A stretch of 61,447 nucleotides of DNA, filler included. It is 4 parts of 4 records of this genome, joined end to end, with 100 filler letters (N's around TTAATTAATTAA, not from the genome) between each part and the next. Parts side by side here need not be neighbours in the genome. Positions count along the whole stretch, not along the records: positions 1 to 30,958 come from DRR723986_10723; 3 more parts are not named here. The stretch is one strand, 5' to 3'. The position numbers and the translations under genes were made by a program. This document shows positions 1 through 10,677 of the stretch, one piece after another (position 1 is the first letter of the stretch; the number at the start of each line of letters is the position of its first letter). The notes beneath the pieces are model-generated. The model ran no database searches. It was given only the letters and a program-made list of their open reading frames with translations, and was not told the origin of the DNA.

Positions 1-1
1 T

Positions 2-838
<837 letters not shown>

Positions 839-907
839 TCCGATTGGTGTGTCGTGTGCCGGCGAAGGTGAAAACCAAAGCCGGTGCCCATCACAAAGGA
901 AATGAGT

Positions 908-1327
908 ATGTCGACAATCCGCGTGGACGTGGTGAGTGCAGAAGAATCAATCTTCGAAGGTGAAGCAGAGTTTGTAGCTTTGCCCGGAGAGCAGGGTGAA
1001 CTGGGTATTTATCCACGTCACACCCCGCTGATTACACGCATCAAGCCCGGTACAGTTCGCATCAAGATTGCGGGTCAAGCTGAAGAGGAAGTGGTGTTTG
1101 TAAACGGTGGCGTGTTGGAAGTACAACCCAATGCCGTGACTGTTCTTGCAGACACTGCACTTCGCGGCAGCGACCTGGATGAAGCCAAAGCAACAGAAGC
1201 CAAACGTTTGGCCGAAGAAGCCTTGGCCAATCGCAGTGCGGACATTGACTATGCTCAAGCACAAGCTGAATTGGCTTCCGCGATTGCACAGTTGCAGGCC
1301 ATCAAGCGCTTGAGGAAAGTACGCTAA
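908..1327 (+). CDS. atpC: F0F1 ATP synthase subunit epsilon
   Basis: VDVVSAE...[18 protein letters not shown]...[16 protein letters not shown] before ATG 908. Follows atpD. Confidence 0.98.
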   Translation: MSTIRVDVVSAEESIFEGEAEFVALPGEQGELGIYPRHTPLITRIKPGTVRIKIAGQAEEEVVFVNGGVLEVQPNAVTVLADTALRGSDLDEAKATEAKRLAEEALANRSADIDYAQAQAELASAIAQLQAIKRLRKVR

Positions 1328-1352
1328 GCAGTAAAAGGTTGGATCAACCAGC

Positions 1353-1383
1353 AAAAAGCCACGGTGAAAACCGTGGCTTTTTT
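1353..1383 (+). terminator. Intrinsic terminator of the atp operon
   Basis: AAAAAGCCACGG-TGAAAA-CCGTGGCTTTTTT perfect stem with T tail. Confidence 0.92.
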
Positions 1384-1462
1384 CTTGAGCGGAAGCGAAA
1401 CAATGCACTGTGGAACCACGGCATTTGAATTCGCAACATAAATGGCAATTAAGGAGTCGTTT

Positions 1463-1852
1463 ATGTATCAAAAATTCGATGACCTGTTGAAAGATCTTCA
1501 ACAGAATCGCCCAAGCAACCTCACCCCTCAGGGTCGAGTCTTTTTCTTTAACGACCAGTCCGTATTGTTGCAACATGGTGAACTGGAGGGCATCACCTGG
1601 GTTGATATTCACATTGAGTTGAAACGTTTTCACATCGAGAACTTGAGCGCTGCGAAAAAGGTGCTGCAAGCCAATTGTGAGATGGGCAACTCAACACCCA
1701 TTCCCTCCTGGTTTGCAATCAATGTGAAGAATGATTGTCTGGTCTTCATCAACAGACTCGACTGGCGACACCTCACCTGCAAAATTCTGGAAGACCATAT
1801 TCTGCGGTGCATTGAACAAATGGGAAGTGCGTTGACCAGTGAGGGTGTGTAA
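1463..1852 (+). CDS. Hypothetical 129-aa protein resembling CesT/YbjN-fold (type III secretion chaperone-like) proteins
   Basis: AAGGAG RBS before ATG 1463. Size, slight acidity and the pattern LQANxxxG...WFAIN...LVFINRL...amphipathic C-terminal helix recall class IA chaperones. Confidence 0.55.
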   Translation: MYQKFDDLLKDLQQNRPSNLTPQGRVFFFNDQSVLLQHGELEGITWVDIHIELKRFHIENLSAAKKVLQANCEMGNSTPIPSWFAINVKNDCLVFINRLDWRHLTCKILEDHILRCIEQMGSALTSEGV

Positions 1853-1887
1853 TCCGCGTTGAATGTTCTACGGGTTAGAATAAGGGA

Positions 1888-2712
1888 ATGAAAATCGCCC
1901 TGTATTCTGATTTGCATCTAGAAACGATGCGCCACTTTCCCGCTTTGGCGGCTGTTCCACAACCGGCAGAGAATGTGGACTTGATGATTCTCGCCGGCGA
2001 TATTCACCAGGGCACGCAAGGCTTGCAGGCCTTGGCCGACCTGGGAGATAAGCAGCACATTTACGTGGCAGGAAACCACGAGTATTACCATCACGATATT
2101 GAAATTCTGGACGACCATTTGTTTGAATTGGCCGCGAAGAAGCATTTGAATTATTTGCAGCGCACCAGCGTGGTGATTCAGGGCGTGCGTTTTCTGGGTT
2201 GCACCCTCTGGACCGATTTCAACATTCAGCCTGGTTGGCGGTTTGGTGCTGAATTGGTAGCCAAGGCGTTTTTGCCCGATTACAAGTTGATCCGGATGCG
2301 TGGCAAACAGTTTTCGCCCAGCATGGGCATCGACTTGCACTACCAGAATATTGACTGGCTGGAGTCTGCACTCGCTACGCCGTTTGATGGAAAGACGGTG
2401 GTGATTACTCACCATGCACCACACCCGCAAAGTATTCACCCTCGCTTTAATTTAAGCCCGATCAACGCTGCGTTTGTATCTGACCTGAGTCGTTTGATGG
2501 GCAAAGCCGATGTGTGGGTACATGGCCATATGCATGATTCCTTCGATTACACCGTTCACAACAACGGTGGCCAAACCCGTGTTTTGGTGAATCCGCGGGG
2601 CTATGTTCGCAAAAAAGGCAAAGCTCGAAAAATGGAGCGTGGACAGGTGCAGGTGACACCGCAGGCTTTTGAGAATCCATTCTTCAACCCGCACTTGGTA
2701 TTTGAAGTATGA
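1888..2712 (+). CDS. Calcineurin-like metallophosphoesterase
   Basis: SDLH, LAGDI, GNHEYY, THHAP, HGHMH metal-binding motifs. Confidence 0.93.
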   Translation: MKIALYSDLHLETMRHFPALAAVPQPAENVDLMILAGDIHQGTQGLQALADLGDKQHIYVAGNHEYYHHDIEILDDHLFELAAKKHLNYLQRTSVVIQGVRFLGCTLWTDFNIQPGWRFGAELVAKAFLPDYKLIRMRGKQFSPSMGIDLHYQNIDWLESALATPFDGKTVVITHHAPHPQSIHPRFNLSPINAAFVSDLSRLMGKADVWVHGHMHDSFDYTVHNNGGQTRVLVNPRGYVRKKGKARKMERGQVQVTPQAFENPFFNPHLVFEV

Positions 2713-3518
2713 AGTTGGCGGCCAACCTGAGTTGGCTTTACACAGAATTCGATTTTCTTGACCGAATGCGTGAGTGTGCCCACGATGGTTTCAAGTACGC
2801 CGAATGCATGTTTCCCTATGAACATTGCGCTGAACTGCTGCGCGACCGAGCGCTTGAGGCAGGCCTGCAATGGGTGCTGATTAATGCGCCCGCCGGTGAT
2901 TGGGGTCAGGGCGATCGGGGGCTGGCCAGCTCACCTGCGAGGCGCAACGAGTTCAAGCGGTCTATCGAAGTAGCAGTGAATTACGCCAAGGTGTTGGGTG
3001 TACGGAAGGTGCATGTGCTGGCAGGGGCGGTCGATTTGAGCGATGACCGTGGCATGCGGGCTGCGTGGGATTGCTACGAAGAAAACCTGTTGTGGCTGGC
3101 CAGCACCATGAAGAACGAGCCAATTGACTGGTTAATTGAACCGATTAACCGGTTTGATGTGCCTGGTTACCTGTTAAACCGCCAGGCTGATGCCCACGAA
3201 CTGTTGATTCGTTTGAATCAGCCTAACCTGGGTGTGCAAATGGACTTGTATCATTGCCTGCGAACCGAGGGTGAAGTGTTAAAAGCGCTCGACCGATACC
3301 TGCCCTCCGGCCGCGTGAAACACATGCAGCTTGCAGGTGTGCCGCATCGCGATGAGCCGGGTGTGAATGAATACGTAGCCGTGTATGACCGTTTGACAGT
3401 GTTGGGCTACAGTGGACACATTGGTTGCGAGTATCGGCCCAAGGCGGGCACCCGCGATGGCCTGGGCTGGATCCGAAGCACCGGTTTTTCAGGCACAATG
3501 GAGTCCTCCGAAACTTGA
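2709..3518 (+). CDS. hyi: Hydroxypyruvate isomerase family TIM-barrel protein (Hyi/OtnI)
   Basis: AANLSWLY, LINAPAGDW..GDRGLA, LIEPIN..DVPGY, MDLYH, QLAGVPHRDEP, GCEYRP. ATGA overlap with the upstream gene. Confidence 0.88.
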   Translation: MKLAANLSWLYTEFDFLDRMRECAHDGFKYAECMFPYEHCAELLRDRALEAGLQWVLINAPAGDWGQGDRGLASSPARRNEFKRSIEVAVNYAKVLGVRKVHVLAGAVDLSDDRGMRAAWDCYEENLLWLASTMKNEPIDWLIEPINRFDVPGYLLNRQADAHELLIRLNQPNLGVQMDLYHCLRTEGEVLKALDRYLPSGRVKHMQLAGVPHRDEPGVNEYVAVYDRLTVLGYSGHIGCEYRPKAGTRDGLGWIRSTGFSGTMESSET

Positions 3519-3549
3519 GCCCAGGCGGGCAACCGCTGGAAGAGTGCGC

Positions 3550-3978
3550 ATGCAAGACGCTGAACTGAAGCAACTGCTCGAAAACACCAAGACGATCGCT
3601 GTGGTGGGTTTTTCCTCGCAAGCCCACAAACCGAGTTTTTTTGTGGCCAAGTATCTGCAGTCGCAGGGTTATCGAATTTTGCCGATCAACCCGGCTTTGC
3701 AGGGACGGCCCAGTGGTTTGATGGGCGAAACCTGTTACCCCGATTTAAAAACAGCGGTTGCTGAAACCGGTTTGAAGATTGATTTGGTGGATGTGTTTCG
3801 CCGTGCTGAACACACCCCCGATGTTTTGGCCCAGGCGATGAATGTGGGCGCTGGTGCCGTGTGGTTGCAGCAGGGCATTCGCAATGACCTGGTGGAGGCC
3901 AAGGCCCGAGCGGCCGGTTTGCCCTTTGTGATGGACCGTTGTTTGAAAACCGAACATCAACGTCTGTTTTTAGTTTGA
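3550..3978 (+). CDS. CoA-binding protein (YccU-like)
   Basis: [42 protein letters not shown]. Start placed at ATG 3550. Confidence 0.92.
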   Translation: MQDAELKQLLENTKTIAVVGFSSQAHKPSFFVAKYLQSQGYRILPINPALQGRPSGLMGETCYPDLKTAVAETGLKIDLVDVFRRAEHTPDVLAQAMNVGAGAVWLQQGIRNDLVEAKARAAGLPFVMDRCLKTEHQRLFLV

Positions 3979-4003
3979 TTTTATACAAGAAGCACTTACG
4001 AAC

Positions 4004-5098
4004 ATGAGCAGTTTTCAGCCTGTCAAGAACGACACCTTCCTGCGTGCCCTGCGTCGCGAAGCCACTGAGTACACCCCTGTCTGGCTGATGCGCCAAGCGG
4101 GCCGCTATTTGCCTGAATACCGTGCAACACGCGCGAAAGCAGGCAACTTCATGGGTTTGTGCACCAATCCTGAGGCTGCCTGCGAAGTCACCCTGCAGCC
4201 GCTGGAGCGCTACAAGCTGGATGCTGCCATCTTGTTCTCAGACATCTTGACTGTACCCGACGCGATGGGGCTGGGTCTTTATTTTGAAGAAGGCGAAGGC
4301 CCCAAATTTGAGCGGCCCTTGGTCACAGAGGCCGATGTCGCCAAATTGGCTGTGCCTGACATTGGCACCAGCCTGCGTTACGTCACAGACGCAGTCAGCA
4401 CCATTCGAGGTGCCTTGGGCGGACGAGTGCCACTGATTGGTTTTTCGGGTAGCCCGTGGACTTTGGCCTGTTACATGGTTGAAGGTGGAGGCAGCAGCGA
4501 TTTTCGCAAGGTCAAAACCATGCTGTACAAACGACCAGACCTGATGCACCGCATTCTTGAAGTGACCACGGAAGCGGTTAGCCAATACTTGCGCGCGCAA
4601 ATCGATGCGGGTGCCCAGGCCGTCATGATTTTTGACAGCTGGGGCGGTGCTCTGGCCGACGGCGCATTCCAGAAGTTCAGCTTGAATTACATCAAGAAAA
4701 TCGTGGGCAGTTTGCCCTTGCAGGTCAACCGGGGCAGTTTTGCGGAAGACATACCCTCGATCGTGTTCACGAAGGGTGGTGGTTTATGGCTTGAAGACAT
4801 TGCATCCAGTGGCGCCAGTGCTGTGGGTGTGGACTGGACGGTCAACCTGGGCCAGGCCCGCGCACGAATTGGTGAGCGTTGTGCGATCCAGGGCAACCTG
4901 GACCCCAATGTGTTGTTTGCAGAGCCAGCCCAGATTGAAGCCGAGGTGGCCAAGGCTTTGGAAAGTTTCGGCGTGCCGCAGGCTGGTGCTGGCCATGTCT
5001 TTAACCTTGGGCACGGCATTTCGCAGTTCACCAACCCGGACAGTGTGGAGGTGATGGTGAATGCCGTTCATGCCTATAGCCGCAAACAAAGGCAGTAA
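4004..5098 (+). CDS. hemE: Uroporphyrinogen decarboxylase
   Basis: [41 protein letters not shown]. Confidence 0.98.
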   Translation: MSSFQPVKNDTFLRALRREATEYTPVWLMRQAGRYLPEYRATRAKAGNFMGLCTNPEAACEVTLQPLERYKLDAAILFSDILTVPDAMGLGLYFEEGEGPKFERPLVTEADVAKLAVPDIGTSLRYVTDAVSTIRGALGGRVPLIGFSGSPWTLACYMVEGGGSSDFRKVKTMLYKRPDLMHRILEVTTEAVSQYLRAQIDAGAQAVMIFDSWGGALADGAFQKFSLNYIKKIVGSLPLQVNRGSFAEDIPSIVFTKGGGLWLEDIASSGASAVGVDWTVNLGQARARIGERCAIQGNLDPNVLFAEPAQIEAEVAKALESFGVPQAGAGHVFNLGHGISQFTNPDSVEVMVNAVHAYSRKQRQ

Positions 5099-5370
5099 AA
5101 ACTTGGACTTATGCACATTTTTGGCGCAAGGCGGAAGAAACATTATTTTGCATTGCACGACGAATGGAAAAGCAGTGTTGTCAGTTAACCCATTGTTTTA
5201 ACACAATAAAAATACGTTTTACAAAATTTGTACTTTACATGGATGCCCACATCCTGTAGCGCATCCGTGGATTATTTCCACGGATGTCCACAAAGTTATC
5301 CACATTGACTGTTAAAAATTTTGTATTCCGTTTAATTCAAGCCAGCTAGTCCATGAACTTAAAGTAAGCT
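5099..5370. promoter_or_regulatory. AT-rich intergenic region with DnaA boxes; candidate replication origin or DnaA-regulated promoter
   Basis: TTATGCACA 5109-5117 and TTATCCACA 5296-5304 match TTWTNCACA. Near-matches at 5197-5205 and 5284-5292. AT-rich tract about 5190-5240. Inverted repeat at 5262-5286. Confidence 0.6.
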
Positions 5371-7473
5371 GTGAAGACAGACCCAAACCAAAACACGTCA
5401 TCTAACCCGATCAAGGGGGACACTTTGCTGGTGAATGTGTTGGTTGCTGCACCGCTTCCCAAGGCTTTCACTTATCAATGGCACAGTGAGCATGCGCCCC
5501 AATTTGGGATGCGGGTGATCGTGCCATGGGGCCGTCAATATCGGATTGGTCTGGTGCAGGGTGTTGCTCCCGATCAGCAATTGACCGAGAACATCAAACC
5601 CGTGCACTCGGTGTTGGACCAAGGTGAATGCCTGAGCGCGCAGTGGCAAGCCTTGATTGAATTTGCAGCCAAGTATTATCACCATCCTTTGGGCATGATC
5701 GCTCTGGAGGCCTTGCCCAAGGCTTTGCGGGTTTTAAACGCCCGTGGAGAAGAGCCAGTGATGGTGGCCAAATCCCGGGAGCATGCGCAGAAGTTACTGG
5801 TCGAGCGCAGTGAACCGCTTGCCGCAGCCAAAGCAGCCAAAGCAAAGGTTGATCAACGCGACAGACCGGTACTGAACGCAGAGCAACTGGAAGCAGTGGG
5901 GCAGCTGGTCAACGCCAAAGGCTTTAATCCTTTTTTGCTCTATGGGGTAACAGGTAGCGGCAAAACCGAGGTGTACCTGCACACCGTGGAAGAACGCTTG
6001 AAGTGTGGCGAGCAGGTGTTGGTGCTGTTGCCGGAAATCAACCTGACCCCGGCGGCACAGGCCCTGTACAAAGAACGGCTTGCTCCTCACCGTGTAGTAG
6101 TGATGCACAGCAATCTCGCTGAACTGACCAGAACCAAAGCGTGGTTCGAAGCCGCCACAGGTGTCGCCGATGTAATCATTGCAACTCGGCTGGGTGTGCT
6201 GACTCCGCTCCCCCGGTTGGGCATGATTGTGGTGGACGAAGAACATGACCCTTCCTACAAACAGCAAGACGGCATGCGTTACCATGCCCGCGACTTGGCC
6301 CTGATGCTGGCCAAACAGCGCAAGGTGCCCATCGTACTGGGCTCGGCCACTCCTGCTCTCGAAAGCTGGCTGAAAGCAGATCAAGGGGCTTATAAGCGTT
6401 TGGTTTTGAAAAGCCGTGCGGTACTGGGTGCAAGTTTGCCGAAAGTGGAATTGATCAACACCGCCAATTTTCCTGCCAGGGAGGGTTTGAGCGAACCGGC
6501 CATGCAGGCGCTTGTACAGAACTTCGAGGCAGGCAAACAAAGCATTGTATTTTTGAACCGCCGGGGGTACGCCCCACAAATGGTGTGCAATGCCTGCGGC
6601 TGGGTGGCCAATTGCGACCATTGCACGGCGCACATGGTGTGGCACAAAAGTGAACGCATGCTTCGGTGCCACCACTGTGGGGCAGGGCAGCGCGTACCCA
6701 CGCATTGCCCCACCTGCGGCAACCAGGACCTGACCGGTTTTGGCCGCGGAACCCAGCGCATTGAGGAAACCTTGGCCGGCTTGTTGCCCACTGCGAATAT
6801 TCTGCGCATTGATGCCGACAGCACCCGCAACAAAGGGCAAATGGAAGCCCTGTTGCAACAGGCGCACAGCGGGGCGGCCGATGTACTGGTGGGTACGCAG
6901 ATGATTGCCAAAGGGCACGATTTTGCCAATGTGACGCTGGTGTTGGCGTTGAATGTGGACGCCTCGCTGTATTCGCATGCCTACCGTGCCCCTGAACGCC
7001 TTTTTGCGCAGTTGATGCAAGTGGCCGGCCGGGCCGGGCGCCGCGCCGGCGATGCCCGCATGGTGGTGCAAACCCGGTACCCCCAGCACCCTTTGTTCGA
7101 CGCATTGAAAGCGCATGATTATGAAAGCTTTGCCAGTCACGAAATGCAGGCTCGCAAAGATGCCCGCATGCCACCATTTTCCCACCAAGCCACCATTCGG
7201 GCAGACCACAAAAAACTGGCCAATTGCCTGCAGTTTTTAAGCACGGCGAGGGAGCTGGGTGAACCCTTGGTGGATGCTGACAATCCTGTTTTTATGTGCG
7301 ACCCGGTGCCGTTGACTGTGGTTCGGGTAGGCGGTATTGAGCGGGCGCAAATGTTGATTGAAAGCGAATCGCGGCCTGCCTTGCACCGGTTTCTTACTCT
7401 GTGGCTGGCCCAATTGCACGAGCTGCCCGGCAGTGTGCGCTGGTTTTTGGAAGTGGACCCGGTCGATTTGTAA
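5371..7473 (+). CDS. priA: Primosomal protein N' (replication restart helicase)
   Basis: GVTGSGKTEVY, VDEEHDPSYKQ, LNRRGYAP, four CxxC zinc motifs, GTQMIAKGHDF, QVAGRAGR, EVDP. GTG start is approximate. Confidence 0.98.
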   Translation: MKTDPNQNTSSNPIKGDTLLVNVLVAAPLPKAFTYQWHSEHAPQFGMRVIVPWGRQYRIGLVQGVAPDQQLTENIKPVHSVLDQGECLSAQWQALIEFAAKYYHHPLGMIALEALPKALRVLNARGEEPVMVAKSREHAQKLLVERSEPLAAAKAAKAKVDQRDRPVLNAEQLEAVGQLVNAKGFNPFLLYGVTGSGKTEVYLHTVEERLKCGEQVLVLLPEINLTPAAQALYKERLAPHRVVVMHSNLAELTRTKAWFEAATGVADVIIATRLGVLTPLPRLGMIVVDEEHDPSYKQQDGMRYHARDLALMLAKQRKVPIVLGSATPALESWLKADQGAYKRLVLKSRAVLGASLPKVELINTANFPAREGLSEPAMQALVQNFEAGKQSIVFLNRRGYAPQMVCNACGWVANCDHCTAHMVWHKSERMLRCHHCGAGQRVPTHCPTCGNQDLTGFGRGTQRIEETLAGLLPTANILRIDADSTRNKGQMEALLQQAHSGAADVLVGTQMIAKGHDFANVTLVLALNVDASLYSHAYRAPERLFAQLMQVAGRAGRRAGDARMVVQTRYPQHPLFDALKAHDYESFASHEMQARKDARMPPFSHQATIRADHKKLANCLQFLSTARELGEPLVDADNPVFMCDPVPLTVVRVGGIERAQMLIESESRPALHRFLTLWLAQLHELPGSVRWFLEVDPVDL

Positions 7474-7519
7474 GTGCCCTCTGGTACAGTAATGCCTTCC
7501 CCTGGAGTTTCCCCCCGGT

Positions 7520-9520
7520 ATGTCTGTAGGCCTGAACAAAGCCCAAAGCGAAGCAGTTGTGTATGTCGATGGCCCTTGCCTGGTATTGGCAGGCGCAGGG
7601 TCGGGTAAAACACGCGTAATCACCCAAAAAATTGCTCACCTGATTCAAAACAAAGGTGTTAGCGCCAAGAACATTGCTGCCGTTACTTTCACGAACAAAG
7701 CCGCCAAGGAAATGGAAGAGCGCGCGGCCAAATTGCTTCGCGATGGTGAGGGCAAGGGTTTGTTGGTGTGTACTTTCCACAGCCTGGGCATTCGAATTCT
7801 GCGGGAAGAACACAAGCACGCCGGGCTGAAGGCGCGCTTCTCGATTCTGGATTCCACCGACACCTACGGCTTGGTTCAACAGCTGTATGGCACCACCGAC
7901 AAGCAACTGATACGCAAAGCGCAAAGCGTTATTTCCCTGTGGAAAAACGGCCTTGTTGACCCCGATGCGGCGCTGGCGCAAGCCACCAGCGAGGATGAAG
8001 GGCAAATTGCGCGCCTGTACAAGAGTTACGAGGCCACATTGGCCGCGTACCAGGCCGTGGATTTTGACGATCTGATTTTAAAGCCCACCCGCCTCTTGGC
8101 CAGCAATGATGAAGTGCGTAACCGTTGGCAAAACCGATTGAGGTACTTGTTGGTCGATGAGGTGCAAGACACCAACGCCTGTCAGTACGATTTGTTGCGT
8201 CTGATTGCCGGGCCGCGCGCCATGTTCACGGCTGTGGGTGACGATGACCAGGCCATTTACGCCTGGCGGGGCGCCACGATTGAAAACCTTCGTCAACTGA
8301 CGGAGGATTACCCGCAGCTGAAAGTCATCAAGCTGGAGCAGAATTACCGGTCTACCTTGCGCATTTTGCAGGCTGCCAACCGCTTGATTGAGAACAACCC
8401 CAAGCTGTTTCCGAAAACACTGTGGAGTGATCATGGCCCAGGCGAACCCATCGTGATAACACCGATGGCCGACGATGAGCATGAGGCCGAGCAAGTGGCC
8501 ATGATGCTGAGCGGTCACCGGTTCGAGCGGCGAGCCAAGTACGGTGACTATGCTATTTTGTACCGCAGCAATTTTCAGGCACGTGTTTTGGAACAGGCCT
8601 TGCGTCGCCAGAAAATCCCGTACATTTTGAGTGGCGGACAAAGCTTTTTCGAACGCGCTGAAATCAAGGATGTGATTGCCTATCTGCGCCTGCTCGTGAA
8701 TCAGGACGATGACCCCGCATTTATTCGTGCAGTGACTACGCCCAAGCGCGGGATTGGTCAGAAAACACTGGAGGCCTTGGGCACTTACGCTGGAACACGT
8801 GGTGTTTCATTGTTTGAGGCCTTGTTTGAAACCGGTGCAGAAAGCCACTTGAATGCAGGCATGGTCGACGCTTTGCGCACTTTTGGAACCTTCATCAACA
8901 AACTGGAATACCGGGCACAACGAGAACCCGCACGTGATTTGCTCAATGAATTGTTGAGCACCATCAAATACGAGGAGTGGCTGTACGAGCAGCAAGACGA
9001 GCGCGGCGCTCAGGCCAAGTGGCAAAACGTACTTGATTTCGTCAAGTGGATGGGCGACAAAGGCGAGGAAGAAGGTTCAACCCTGTTGGACCTGACCCAG
9101 AAGGTGGCTTTGATGACCATGCTGGATCGCCAGGACGACGGAACACGCCCCGATGCTGTGCAGCTAAGTACCCTGCATGCAGCCAAAGGACTTGAATTTC
9201 CACATGTGTTTTTGATTGGCTGCGAGGAAAGCATTTTGCCCAGCTTTGGTGATGGAGAGGGGCGGGAGTTGACCGATGACAGGCTGGAGGAGGAACGCCG
9301 CCTGATGTATGTAGGAGTGACCCGTGCACAGCGAAGCCTGAACATTACGTGGTGCAGAAAGCGCAAAAAGGCGCGCGAATTGGTGAGCTGTTTTCCATCC
9401 CGATTCATCAAGGAGCTTCAACTGGAGACAGACAAAGACCTGCCCGATGACACCCCGAAAATGAGTCCGAAAGATCGCTTGAGCGCCTTGAAAGGTTTGC
9501 TGACCAAGGTCGCCACCTAG
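7520..9520 (+). CDS. rep: ATP-dependent DNA helicase Rep (UvrD/Rep family)
   Basis: LAGAGSGKTRV, VTFTNKAA, DEVQDTN, VGDDDQAIYAWRGA, LEQNYRS, TLHAAKGLEF, EERRLMYVGVTRA. 666 aa. Confidence 0.93.
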   Translation: MSVGLNKAQSEAVVYVDGPCLVLAGAGSGKTRVITQKIAHLIQNKGVSAKNIAAVTFTNKAAKEMEERAAKLLRDGEGKGLLVCTFHSLGIRILREEHKHAGLKARFSILDSTDTYGLVQQLYGTTDKQLIRKAQSVISLWKNGLVDPDAALAQATSEDEGQIARLYKSYEATLAAYQAVDFDDLILKPTRLLASNDEVRNRWQNRLRYLLVDEVQDTNACQYDLLRLIAGPRAMFTAVGDDDQAIYAWRGATIENLRQLTEDYPQLKVIKLEQNYRSTLRILQAANRLIENNPKLFPKTLWSDHGPGEPIVITPMADDEHEAEQVAMMLSGHRFERRAKYGDYAILYRSNFQARVLEQALRRQKIPYILSGGQSFFERAEIKDVIAYLRLLVNQDDDPAFIRAVTTPKRGIGQKTLEALGTYAGTRGVSLFEALFETGAESHLNAGMVDALRTFGTFINKLEYRAQREPARDLLNELLSTIKYEEWLYEQQDERGAQAKWQNVLDFVKWMGDKGEEEGSTLLDLTQKVALMTMLDRQDDGTRPDAVQLSTLHAAKGLEFPHVFLIGCEESILPSFGDGEGRELTDDRLEEERRLMYVGVTRAQRSLNITWCRKRKKARELVSCFPSRFIKELQLETDKDLPDDTPKMSPKDRLSALKGLLTKVAT

Positions 9521-9538
9521 GTTAAAGCTCAACCGAAA

Positions 9539-9904
9539 TCAAGTGACACCCAAGGCTGAGTTTGCTTTTTGTATGAGTGCCTCAGGCGTCACCGGTTTGA
9601 GCAACCAGCCCGCCAGGCCCAGGGCTTTGGCCCGTTGGATCATGTCCTTGTCGGAGTAAGAGGTGATCACCACAATCGGCACCGTGGCGCCGGTTTTTCG
9701 GATTCGATTGCACAGCTCCAGCCCGTCCATGCCCGGCATGTCAATGTCGGTGATGATCAAGTCTGGCGCACCGCTGTCGACAATGTCTCGGATCCCTTCT
9801 TCAGCGCTCGCTGCAGTGCGCACTACATGGCCGGATTGGGTCAAAATGTGGGCACATACTTTTCGGATGGTGTTCGCGTCGTCAATCAACAGAATGTTGG
9901 CCAT
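9539..9904 (-). CDS. Single-domain (CheY-like) response regulator
   Basis: LLIDD, ITDIDMPGMDG, ITS, LKPV receiver motifs. 121 aa. Confidence 0.93.
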   Translation of the reverse strand: MANILLIDDANTIRKVCAHILTQSGHVVRTAASAEEGIRDIVDSGAPDLIITDIDMPGMDGLELCNRIRKTGATVPIVVITSYSDKDMIQRAKALGLAGWLLKPVTPEALIQKANSALGVT

Positions 9905-9941
9905 GGCGTGATGTGTTGGAATTGTGAATTTGTTGCCACAA

Positions 9942-10604
9942 TCATACCGCGTCAGCCTGGAAAACTTCAGACTCCAGCACCTTCACGCCGGGTTCGGCGT
10001 GCAATGCTTCTTTTAACATCACATGCGCCAGCTTCTCTACTTTCACGCTGCGCAAACGTTTGGGCAAGAACGGATTGAACAGACGGCTGGCCACCAAGCC
10101 GATTTCTTCGCCAAGCCGAAACTCTTCGCGCTGGCCATCGAGCAAACCGGGGCGTGCAATGATCACGCTCGGAATGCCGGAATTCTTGACAGTTTGTTCG
10201 GCCTCACCTTTGGTGCGCAGGTAGAGGCCTCTTGCTTTGGGATTCGCCATCATGGCCGAATTGAGCACGAAACAAGGCACTGAATGCTGTGCCGCGAGTG
10301 CCGCAAACTGAGCCACCAGTGTGTAATCGACAAAGCGGAATTGCTCAGCGGTTTTGGCTACCTTGATGGTGGTGCCCAGGGTGCAGATGACCGCGTCGGC
10401 TTGCCACCAAGGCGCCTCTTCGGGAATCGCATTGAAGTCGATTAACTGGTTGAGCAACTTCGGGTGAGGTGTCAGGGGTTTGCGCGTCAGCGCCACCACT
10501 TTGCCCACTTGCGGATGCGCCAGGGCTTGTGCCAAGACATGATGACCCACAACGCCGGTGGCGCCGATCAGCAACAAGGTTTTTTGGTCGTTCGTTGAAC
10601 TCAA
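9942..10604 (-). CDS. NAD(P)H-binding oxidoreductase (YraR/TIP30-like)
   Basis: IGATGVVG, CTLGTT, VDY, YLRTKGEAE, RPGLLDG. TTG start behind GGGGA. Confidence 0.88.
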   Translation of the reverse strand: MSSTNDQKTLLLIGATGVVGHHVLAQALAHPQVGKVVALTRKPLTPHPKLLNQLIDFNAIPEEAPWWQADAVICTLGTTIKVAKTAEQFRFVDYTLVAQFAALAAQHSVPCFVLNSAMMANPKARGLYLRTKGEAEQTVKNSGIPSVIIARPGLLDGQREEFRLGEEIGLVASRLFNPFLPKRLRSVKVEKLAHVMLKEALHAEPGVKVLESEVFQADAV

Positions 10605-10618
10605 ATCAAGTCCCCAAT

Positions 10619-10653
10619 AAAAAAACGCGGCAGTCCTAAGACTAACCGCGTTT
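10619..10653 (-). terminator. Intrinsic terminator after the SDR gene
   Basis: AAACGCGG...CCGCGTTT stem with an A-run that reads as the U tail on the minus strand. Confidence 0.75.
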
Positions 10654-10677
10654 CGCTGTCAAAGTCCAAAGGCCTGG

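Noticed and set aside
5794-7209. 471-aa minus-strand ORF
   Set aside because: Antisense shadow of priA with no motifs.
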